The notes beneath the pieces were generated by a model, which was given only the letters and a program-made list of their open reading frames with translations, did no database searches and was not told where the DNA came from. Below, piece after piece: positions 30,323 to 37,491 of a stretch of DNA of 64,000 nt. The stretch spans positions 4,620 to 68,619 of the forward strand of contig MFZX01000029.1 of assembly GCA_001788095.1 (NCBI GenBank), written 5' to 3'. Position 1 is the stretch's first letter. Every line of letters begins with the position of its first letter. The position numbers were made by a program, and so were the translations under genes. This stretch comes from Candidatus Roizmanbacteria bacterium RIFCSPHIGHO2_12_FULL_37_23 (GTDB lineage Bacteria > Patescibacteriota > Microgenomatia > UBA1406 > HO2-37-13b).

Positions 30323-30916
30323 TTATATTCTTCGATAGATCATTACCGTAGTATTGCCCCAGCTCATAGCATGGGTATCTGAATGGATTTTTTCTAATTT
30401 ATCAGATTTAAATTTTTTTGTCAGTGTAATAATTCTTGTTCCTGGTTTAGTTAGTTCGATTTTCTTTGTTAATTTTTCCATAAATTCTGTACTAAAGCAT
30501 GTTGACGCAATGTATATGACATCACCGTTTGTAAAATCATAGTCCATCAAATCAGCTTTAATAAATTCAACATGATCTGCGTAATCGGGATATAATATTT
30601 CAAATTCTTCAAGAATTTTTTTTGAAAGTTCATGCAAGTCGTTAAGAATTTCCAACCCATATAATTTTGAAAATGGGAAAAGAAGCGCTGCTGAAATAAC
30701 AGGTTTTCCTGTTCCTGAACCAAGATCGTAAAATACTTCCCCAGCTTGTGGCTTAGTAATATCGAGTATTTTTTTGAAAGATTCAAAATCGATTTCGCCA
30801 TACGTATAGGATTTATCGTTTATACCAAGTCTCCTTCGGGCGGTTATCGAGACCTCAAAACCATGAATATTTTCGTATAGCAGATCGAAGATTTTCTTCG
30901 CTTGAACAGAATCCAT
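30323..30916 (-). CDS. Class I SAM-dependent methyltransferase (possibly DOT1-like)
   Basis: Motif I VFYDLGSGTGKPV followed by YGLEI. 197 aa. Confidence 0.7.
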   Translation of the reverse strand: MDSVQAKKIFDLLYENIHGFEVSITARRRLGINDKSYTYGEIDFESFKKILDITKPQAGEVFYDLGSGTGKPVISAALLFPFSKLYGLEILNDLHELSKKILEEFEILYPDYADHVEFIKADLMDYDFTNGDVIYIASTCFSTEFMEKLTKKIELTKPGTRIITLTKKFKSDKLEKIHSDTHAMSWGNTTVMIYRRI

Positions 30917-30939
30917 ACTCGTTATTGTATACTATCATT

Positions 30940-31731
30940 ATGCTCTCTGCTGTTATTATTGCAAAAAATGAGGAAAAGAATATTCAAAATGCGATTGAAT
31001 CCGTATCATTTTGTGACGAGGTTGTTGTTGTCGACAACGAATCAATAGATAAAACATCCGAAATTGCAATAAAAGCTGGCGCTAAGGTTTATAGAGATGG
31101 TGAAGCAGATTTTTCAAAGATCAGAAATTTTGCTATGGGAAAGACAAAAGGCGATTGGATACTGTTTATAGATGCGGACGAGAGAATACCTAAACGATTA
31201 AGTTATGAGGTCCTGAAACAAGCTTCCTCCGATGTAATCGGAGTTCAGGATGACAGTATGCAAGCCGACCGAACTGAAGTTTTTCGCATCAAGCGTCGCG
31301 ATTTTTTTTGGGGAACTGAATTAAGATTTGGTGAGACTCAACAAGTACGAAAGAAGGGAATGATCAGACTCATCAAAAAAAACAGCGGAACATGGAAGGG
31401 GAAAGTCCATGAAGAGTTCCATACGGATAAACCAGTTGGTCAGTTACAGTCATTTATAGATCATTATCCTCATCCTACAGTTGCAGAATTTCTTCAAAGC
31501 GTTAATCAATACAGTACATTGAGAGCTCAAGAGCTTTTCGAGAAAAACTACAACTCATCATTTGTTCAAATAATGTTATACCCAATTGGAAAATTTATTT
31601 ATACCTATATTATACTTCTGGGAATTTTAGATGGAGCTGCTGGTTTTGTATATTCATTTATGATGAGCTTCCATTCATTTCTTGTGAGGAGTAAATTGTA
31701 TTTACTTGCTATTAGTCCTTCTCGTAAATAA
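30940..31731 (+). CDS. Glycosyltransferase family 2
   Basis: LSAVIIAKNEEKNI, VVVDNES, FIDADE (DxD). The start is taken at ATG 30940 rather than the listed TTG 30925. It contains the in-frame palindromic element at 31210-31251. Confidence 0.8.
   Translation: MLSAVIIAKNEEKNIQNAIESVSFCDEVVVVDNESIDKTSEIAIKAGAKVYRDGEADFSKIRNFAMGKTKGDWILFIDADERIPKRLSYEVLKQASSDVIGVQDDSMQADRTEVFRIKRRDFFWGTELRFGETQQVRKKGMIRLIKKNSGTWKGKVHEEFHTDKPVGQLQSFIDHYPHPTVAEFLQSVNQYSTLRAQELFEKNYNSSFVQIMLYPIGKFIYTYIILLGILDGAAGFVYSFMMSFHSFLVRSKLYLLAISPSRK
31210..31251 (+). repeat. 42-nt nested palindromic element (copy B), inserted in frame in the GT2 gene
   Basis: GTCCTGAA-N9-CTCCGAT GTA ATCGGAG-TTCAGGAT. Exactly 14 codons (VLKQASSDVIGVQD). 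A 26-nt exact match (CTCCGATGTAATCGGAGTTCAGGATG) to 27370-27395. Confidence 0.85.
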
Positions 31732-32410
31732 CTTTAATTTCTTTTACTTCTTCATTTCCTGCAACATCAGTTGCAACTACGCGAATAATATTCTCTCCTT
31801 CTTTTATGCGAACGGAGTAGGTAAATTTACCATCACCGCTTACAACCACAGGTAGATTATTAATTTTGATCGACGTATCTTGACTCGTAGTCCCTTGAAC
31901 TAATATTTCATTGTTATTAATTTTTGTACCATCCTGAGGAGAGTCGATAGTTAATGTCGGTTTTTCCGAAAGATAGTATATGATATATGTTTCAGAATCC
32001 TCTGTCCGATTTCCTTCTTTGTTTTCAGAACGAGCAAAAATAGTATTTTTACCTTTTGTTAAAATAAGACTTGCTTCGAAATCATCCTCATCGAGTGTAA
32101 ACGTTTCTTGTTCTTCATTATTTACGAAGGTTGTTATTGAATCACCCTTGTGCGCTGTTCCTGAAACCGTAATTCGAGCAGAATTTGTAGCATCGGGAAT
32201 GTTAAATAGTTCGGGAGCAAGCAAGATGTCATTATCACTTTGAGTCTGCTCCTGCTGTGTATTGTTTCTGAAACCAGCGATATAGAGAGAAGCATTAATT
32301 ACGAACCTGAGCCCGACAGTTGCAAAAAAGATTATTAATAACACCAGCAGGACAAGATATGTGAGATTTTGCTTAGATGTATAATTTTGCCTTTTTTTAA
32401 ACTGTTTCAT
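31712..32410 (-). CDS. Membrane-anchored surface protein with Ig-like/beta-sandwich repeats (putative)
   Basis: N-terminal TM (LVLLVLLIIFFATVGL) followed by a beta-rich, T/N/E-rich ectodomain. The C-terminal ENIIRVVATDVAGNEE resembles Ig-like fold repeats. Confidence 0.5.
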   Translation of the reverse strand: MKQFKKRQNYTSKQNLTYLVLLVLLIIFFATVGLRFVINASLYIAGFRNNTQQEQTQSDNDILLAPELFNIPDATNSARITVSGTAHKGDSITTFVNNEEQETFTLDEDDFEASLILTKGKNTIFARSENKEGNRTEDSETYIIYYLSEKPTLTIDSPQDGTKINNNEILVQGTTSQDTSIKINNLPVVVSGDGKFTYSVRIKEGENIIRVVATDVAGNEEVKEIKVIYEKD

Positions 32411-32432
32411 AGTTTCGTAATAAAAATATCTG

Positions 32433-32505
32433 AGCCGCCTGACGGATTCGAACCGTCGACCTAACGCTTACGAAGCGTGCGCTCTACCAACTGAGCTAAG
32501 GCGGC
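32433..32505 (-). tRNA. tRNA-Thr (anticodon CGT)
   Basis: The reverse complement folds as a cloverleaf: acceptor GCCGCCT/AGGCGGC, anticodon loop TTCGTAA, T loop TTCGAAT. Confidence 0.9.
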
Positions 32506-32542
32506 TTAGACTCGTCTAAATTTTACCTCTCTAGAGGTTAAT

Positions 32543-33166
32543 GTGCAAGTTATGGTATACTGCAATATTTTGGTAAACGATAAAAAAAATACAATTAGAA
32601 TTGCAAAAATGATCTCATTAGTTCTTGGTGTCCCCTGGATTTTTACTGTTATTCTTACATTGCTTATTACTGCTGATATATCAACGTCTCAAACAATTTT
32701 GCTTATTTTCATATTTGTTATTTTCAATATTGGAATTCCACTCGGGTCTCTTTTTTATCTTTATAAAAAGGGTAAAATTAGCGATTTAGATGTAACAAAA
32801 AGAGATGAAAGATTTACTCCTCTTGCAATTGCAATGGTTTCGTTTCTCATATCATTAATACTTACTCAATTCGTAGGGGATAGGTTGATCTTCGAATTTT
32901 CTTCGATAATATTTATCATATTGCTCATAAATTTACTGATTACGTTTTTGTGGAAGATTAGTTTGCATATGGGTATAAATATCGCTTCTTCAATACTTGT
33001 TAATGCTCTTGTTGCATGGAAACTTCCGGTATTATTTTTGTCTATTCCCCTTGTATATTGGTCACGACGCACGCTTCATAGGCATTCACCGTTACAACTG
33101 ATTGCCGGATGTGTGGTGAGTGGTGGAATAGCGCTCTTAGGGCTTAGATACTTTGGGTATATATGA
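32543..33166 (+). CDS. Polytopic membrane protein, weakly PAP2-phosphatase-like
   Basis: Five to six TM segments. SRRTLHRHSPLQ resembles the PAP2 C3 motif SRx5Hx3D, but the other motifs are degenerate. The start is uncertain (GTG 32543, ATG 32552 or ATG 32609). Confidence 0.4.
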   Translation: MQVMVYCNILVNDKKNTIRIAKMISLVLGVPWIFTVILTLLITADISTSQTILLIFIFVIFNIGIPLGSLFYLYKKGKISDLDVTKRDERFTPLAIAMVSFLISLILTQFVGDRLIFEFSSIIFIILLINLLITFLWKISLHMGINIASSILVNALVAWKLPVLFLSIPLVYWSRRTLHRHSPLQLIAGCVVSGGIALLGLRYFGYI

Positions 33167-33175
33167 TTTAGTGTT

Positions 33176-33700
33176 CTACTCAATTATTTTATAGTGCAAT
33201 TGTAAAGTATTTTTGCTTATTTTCTTTGTCTCTACTAACATTAATTTGACGTTAAAAACTTCCGGTCGAAACAAAGGAATACCTTTTCCAATAAGATAGG
33301 GTTCGATATCAATATAAAGTTCGTCAACAAGACCCTTCTTTATAAAACTTGTATTTGCTCCCCCTCCTCCACAGATCATTATTGTTTGAAACCCTCGAGA
33401 CTTTAATATTTCTAGTGCATCTTCGGGCGTTTGGGCGAGGCGGACATGTTTCATGTCGTGGATTTTAAATTTGACATTATTTGTCAAAACTACAGTTTCG
33501 ACCTCGTCGAGATTTGATCTCTTAAATTCATTATTTTGCATCATGATGTCATATGTTCGTCTACCAATGATCATATTCCTGTTTTTCCTAATCATTCCAC
33601 TGAAGTTTTTCCATTCAATATCGCTCACCCAATCGGTATCATCGCGATCTTTTGTTATCATGCCGTTTACAGACATCGCCATGTAGAGAATTACTTTCAT
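33176..33700 (-). CDS. RibD C-terminal domain / dihydrofolate reductase-like reductase
   Basis: MKVILYMAMSVNGMI..., IGRRTYD, ICGGGGANTSFIKKGLVDELYIDIEP. Confidence 0.75.
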   Translation of the reverse strand: MKVILYMAMSVNGMITKDRDDTDWVSDIEWKNFSGMIRKNRNMIIGRRTYDIMMQNNEFKRSNLDEVETVVLTNNVKFKIHDMKHVRLAQTPEDALEILKSRGFQTIMICGGGGANTSFIKKGLVDELYIDIEPYLIGKGIPLFRPEVFNVKLMLVETKKISKNTLQLHYKIIE

Positions 33701-33764
33701 ACGTACTATTATACAGAGGTTTCGAGTTAAGATTAATTTAATAAATGTTTGGTATTATTTCATC

Positions 33765-33968
33765 ATGAAATACTCGAAAGACCAATTAAAGATAATTGCA
33801 ACCTTTTTTAGTAATATTGCAGTTGCTTGGTTTAGCGGAGGAATACTTGCTTCCTATTTTGTAGTAGCACCGATATTAAAAAAATTATTGCTGGCTGGTC
33901 CAGCAATCTTTTTTATGTATTTTTTCTTTATGATATCATTATATGTAAGTGAAAAAATAACAAAGTAA
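33765..33968 (+). CDS. Small membrane protein (67 aa, 2 TM)
   Basis: Two hydrophobic helices. First of three abutting small hydrophobic ORFs. Confidence 0.35.
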   Translation: MKYSKDQLKIIATFFSNIAVAWFSGGILASYFVVAPILKKLLLAGPAIFFMYFFFMISLYVSEKITK

Positions 33969-33969
33969 T

Positions 33970-34068
33970 ATGCCTTTTACAGAATTTGTCACAAATTACC
34001 TCCTTGCTGGAATTTTTAGCTCAATTGCTGGGCTGATCATTTATTACCAGTTCAAACGTCACAGCTAA
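33970..34068 (+). CDS. Small hydrophobic peptide (32 aa, 1 TM), putative
   Basis: ATG 1 nt after the previous stop. Sequence MPFTEFVTNYLLAGIFSSIAGLIIYYQFKRHS. Not in the ORF track because it is below the length cutoff. Confidence 0.25.
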   Translation: MPFTEFVTNYLLAGIFSSIAGLIIYYQFKRHS

Positions 34069-34069
34069 A

Positions 34070-34165
34070 ATGGAATTTTTTATTGGAGTAAATAAATATC
34101 TAACAGTAATACTTATTATCCTGATGTCAATACTTGGATACGTTATTTACAAAGAGGGGAAATAA
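34070..34165 (+). CDS. Small hydrophobic peptide (31 aa, 1 TM), putative
   Basis: ATG 1 nt after the previous stop. Sequence MEFFIGVNKYLTVILIILMSILGYVIYKEGK. Confidence 0.25.
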   Translation: MEFFIGVNKYLTVILIILMSILGYVIYKEGK

Positions 34166-34200
34166 GAGGGTCGTTTTTTTCTAACAAAAGTAAGCTGGTT

Positions 34201-35400
34201 TTATTTACTAAAATCCGTAGGATTAAAATCATTGGAGAGATCTAAACCTTCTTCTCTTGGAAATCCCATCGCTAAGGCATAAGCTGGAGCAGGCGAAATT
34301 CCAACATTATCAAATAAATGTATATCTCCAGGACGAACCACATAAAGCTGGAGATATCTACTGTCTTCTAATGGAATACTAATTACTCGCTGCCCTTCCT
34401 CAGCACGATAGGTTTTCCCATCATATACAACAGCTGGTTGACCATCAACCATTCGTGCACCAATCCTCGATAAATCAAGATCTGCATTAAAATTTGGGTC
34501 AGCAGTATATGTATGAATATCACCGACTCCATCATATTGCACTTTCAACATGACCGGACCCATAAGAGGAAGATAGACTTCAACTTTATTATTATGTGCG
34601 TGAGTATTAGCTACATCACTTGATCTTAGTGGTGGAACAGCGCCCGTGCTTCTAATTGTTCTCTTTTCTAATAGTTGAACTACTGTTCCTGGAGTAACTC
34701 CGGATTCTCCAGCAGTTATAGAAAGTAAATTTCTAGACAAATAATCTCTTTGAGGTAATTGCTTCGACGTTTGAGCTTCTTTGATCCAATTTAGAAGACT
34801 TGGATTCTCTCTCCCTTCTAAAAAGTCTACCCACCTCACTGAAAATCTCGTAGGCCCAATAGCATTTGCTAGAATTCTCATCTGGCTACTTCTATCAAGG
34901 ATCCTTTGTGTAAATATGTCAGCTAATTGATCTTCATATTGATTCGCACCTGGTTGACAATAGTGCTCAAGTGCTGTAGTGAGTGCATGGAGCTTAAAAA
35001 CAATCCTTTGTGCCAAAGGATGTACTTCTAGTCCGACTTTTCCAAATTGCCATCCTTCTCCCTTTTCTAAAAATACTCGTTGCTTTTCAACAAGATGATT
35101 AACAGTTCCTTGTGGTGATATATCTTTTGTAGGATTTATCAATGCATCAACAAATTCTTTTGCTTTTTCAGGATCAAATAGTTCTGGATCATCTAATATT
35201 TCAGCTGTTATAACCCCTATTTGAAGATTTAGCATATTGTCCTCAAGGGTTCTTTCTGAGCCTAACGGATGGGGCAGACTTTTATCAGTGAGGGCTTGAG
35301 TTGGTATTTGTGCGCCTAATTGATCAACGCTATCTAACCATTGAGCAATGGTTGAGGCTGGACCGAATGATGGAGTATCGTGTTCTAATTCAGCTGGCAT
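34201..35400 (-). CDS. Hypothetical protein (399 aa), compositionally atypical; possible C-terminal cupin-like beta domain
   Basis: Long ORF. Sampled GC is about 40-45% against a background of about 33-35%. The protein is Q/L/G/P/A-rich, unlike its K/I/N-rich neighbours. No family recognised. Confidence 0.55.
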   Translation of the reverse strand: MPAELEHDTPSFGPASTIAQWLDSVDQLGAQIPTQALTDKSLPHPLGSERTLEDNMLNLQIGVITAEILDDPELFDPEKAKEFVDALINPTKDISPQGTVNHLVEKQRVFLEKGEGWQFGKVGLEVHPLAQRIVFKLHALTTALEHYCQPGANQYEDQLADIFTQRILDRSSQMRILANAIGPTRFSVRWVDFLEGRENPSLLNWIKEAQTSKQLPQRDYLSRNLLSITAGESGVTPGTVVQLLEKRTIRSTGAVPPLRSSDVANTHAHNNKVEVYLPLMGPVMLKVQYDGVGDIHTYTADPNFNADLDLSRIGARMVDGQPAVVYDGKTYRAEEGQRVISIPLEDSRYLQLYVVRPGDIHLFDNVGISPAPAYALAMGFPREEGLDLSNDFNPTDFSK

Positions 35401-35461
35401 CTTTTAATTATATTATAGGATTTAAAGTTAGTCAAACACGCAATAAAAGTGTATCTGAATG

Positions 35462-35532
35462 AGCGGGTGAGGGGAATCGAACCCCCGGCTTCTCCTTGGG
35501 AAGGAGACATTGTACCACTCAACTACACCCGC
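35462..35532 (-). tRNA. tRNA-Gly (anticodon CCC)
   Basis: Reverse complement: acceptor GCGGGTG/CACCCGC, anticodon loop TTCCCAA, T loop TTCGATT. 71 nt. Confidence 0.9.
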
Positions 35533-35574
35533 ATATCTAAAGTGTATTATACCGTAAATACACGGGTGTAATAC

Positions 35575-36177
35575 TTATCGTGGTAGTTGCAACACCATAC
35601 CAGCTTCTATATAGTTAGGATTCCAGATATTATTTGCTTCCATTATTCTTGTATACATTCCTTCGTTTCCATAAGCTCGTCGTGCTATATCCATGAGATA
35701 GTCACCTTTTTGCACAGTATAAGTGTTCCCCGTTATAGATCCTTTTATCATTGCAGCTGGCTCTTGATTGATGACCCCATCATTTTCCTCAGTTACTTCT
35801 TCTTCATCCACTACATCTTCAGCTTGTTCATCACGAGCAATCTCGGGAAGAAGAATCTCTTGCCCAACTTCGATTCTATCGGGGTTTTCGAGATTATTTA
35901 ACTCAACGATTTCATCTGTATAATCCATTGAGCCAAGTTGATCACGTGCAATACTAGAGACAGATTCTCCAATTTTTACCGTGTATCGGGTACCTTGTGT
36001 TTGTGATTGCGCTTCATTTTGATTTTTGGCTGATTGTTTGGTAATTTCACCTGCAGATCTGAATATCAGCGTTATGGCAACAAGAAATACAAGGAGACCT
36101 AAAGCAACAGATAAATAATTTTCACGTATTCTGGTTAAAATCTCACCTTGAGAGCTATTCATTACGTTACTATCCAT
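35575..36177 (-). CDS. LysM-domain protein, membrane anchored
   Basis: N-terminal TM plus two LysM repeats (YTVKIGESVSSIARD...GQEILLP and YTVQKGDYLMDIARR...GMVLQLP), separated by an acidic linker. Confidence 0.8.
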   Translation of the reverse strand: MDSNVMNSSQGEILTRIRENYLSVALGLLVFLVAITLIFRSAGEITKQSAKNQNEAQSQTQGTRYTVKIGESVSSIARDQLGSMDYTDEIVELNNLENPDRIEVGQEILLPEIARDEQAEDVVDEEEVTEENDGVINQEPAAMIKGSITGNTYTVQKGDYLMDIARRAYGNEGMYTRIMEANNIWNPNYIEAGMVLQLPR

Positions 36178-36413
36178 ATGTTCACCTCCCTCCGTTAGAA
36201 ACTAAGAATCACTTTTTAGGTGATGTAGTTTCTTATGTTTATCAAATCGACAAATACTTTCATTGCAATTATAGCAATTATAGGTTGTATTTCAAGATGT
36301 CAAAAATAGTCAAAATAGTACTTAAGTAGTGATATTTGCTCAAAGATAGTGTTTGCTATGGAACTAATTATAAGATTATTCAAAGATATTTTGGAAATTG
36401 TATAATATCCTCT

Positions 36414-37067
36414 ATGACGAATATTTCGTATTGTACTTTTTATATAGCTCGTCATGGAGAGACAAAGTGGAATAAGGATAGACTGCTTTTAGGGCAAAGT
36501 GACATCGAATTGAATAAGAATGGGATACAGCAAGCAAGAGAACTTGCACAATCGTTACAGAAAATTCATTTTGATGCAGTTTATTCGTCTGATTTATTGA
36601 GAGCCAAACGAACTGCCGAGATTGTAGTGCTAGAAAAAAAACTCGCAGTGACAACAACAGAAGCATTAAGAGAAAGGTTTTTTGGTGAATTCGAGGGCAG
36701 AAAAATACCTGAATTAATTGAAGAGATTAAGGATTTATTGAAACAATTTAATGAACTTTCAGAAGAAGAAAAACACATATATAAATTTACATCCGGGTGG
36801 GAAAATGATAAGGAATTAATATCTCGATTTTTAACATTTCTAAGAGAACTTGCTGTTGCATATCTAGGTAAAAAAGTACTTGTTGTCTGTCACGACGGAA
36901 TTATTCGTACACTTTTATGGAAAATGGGGGAAGGAACATACAAGGAGCTTGATTATGATGTTCTTACTATCCATAATTCGGCATATATAGTTGCAGAAAG
37001 CGATGGCGTAGACTTCTTCCTTAAAGACACATTTAAGGTAGATGGTTTACCGAAATATAAAGGTTGA
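36414..37067 (+). CDS. Histidine phosphatase (phosphoglycerate mutase-like) family protein
   Basis: RHGETKWN catalytic motif near the N-terminus and a CHDGIIR region later. Start at ATG 36414. TATAAT at 36401-36406 lies 7 nt upstream, so the mRNA may be leaderless. Confidence 0.8.
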   Translation: MTNISYCTFYIARHGETKWNKDRLLLGQSDIELNKNGIQQARELAQSLQKIHFDAVYSSDLLRAKRTAEIVVLEKKLAVTTTEALRERFFGEFEGRKIPELIEEIKDLLKQFNELSEEEKHIYKFTSGWENDKELISRFLTFLRELAVAYLGKKVLVVCHDGIIRTLLWKMGEGTYKELDYDVLTIHNSAYIVAESDGVDFFLKDTFKVDGLPKYKG

Positions 37068-37268
37068 CTACTCATTACCTTCAGAAAAAACATCACTATA
37101 GAGATCGTAATCATCTTGAGAGAAAAGAATAAAGCGAATTTCATCAAGAGTATGTGGTCCTCTTAGATATTCAATAACTGTGTCTCTTACAATTTCAGCA
37201 ACACTTTCCTTGGGAAATCCATAAACACCTGTCGAGATTGCAGGAAAAGCTATCACGCTCAAGATAGC
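37068..37268 (-). pseudogene. Macro-domain (YmdB/O-acetyl-ADP-ribose deacetylase-like) gene remnant, C-terminal about 66 aa only
   Basis: The translation ILSVIAFPAISTGVYGFPKESVAEIV...FILFSQDDYDLY matches the C-terminal third of macro domains. The N-terminal two thirds are absent, and the upstream part of the listed ORF is antisense to tRNA-Asp. Confidence 0.55.
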
Positions 37269-37270
37269 TT

Positions 37271-37297
37271 CAAATCCCACCTCGGGAGTGGGATTTG
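37271..37297. repeat. Perfect 10-bp inverted repeat hairpin (CAAATCCCAC-N7-GTGGGATTTG)
   Basis: Seen directly. It lies at the point where macro-domain homology stops. No flanking U-run on either strand. Confidence 0.8.
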
Positions 37298-37363
37298 AGG
37301 CGAAATAGGGTTTAATTAATAAGATTTTAATAGTAAAAAATAGATGAAAATAGGTATAGGTTT

Positions 37364-37372
37364 GTGATAGAA
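37364..37372 (+). promoter_or_regulatory. Candidate extended -10 (TGaTAGAAT) upstream of tRNA-Asp
   Basis: TGATAGAAT ends 13 nt before the tRNA 5' end. Confidence 0.35.
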
Positions 37373-37385
37373 TAACTCGAATAAA

Positions 37386-37462
37386 GGGATCGTAGCTCAG
37401 TTGGTTAGAGCGCTGCCCTGTCAAGGCAGAGGTCGCCGGTTCAAGTCCGGTCGGTCCCGCCA
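37386..37462 (+). tRNA. tRNA-Asp (anticodon GTC), CCA encoded
   Basis: Acceptor GGGATCG/CGGTCCC, anticodon loop CTGTCAA, T loop TTCAAGT, 3' GCCA. Confidence 0.9.
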
Positions 37463-37491
37463 GATGTGTTTCAGATCCAACAAAACCTATT

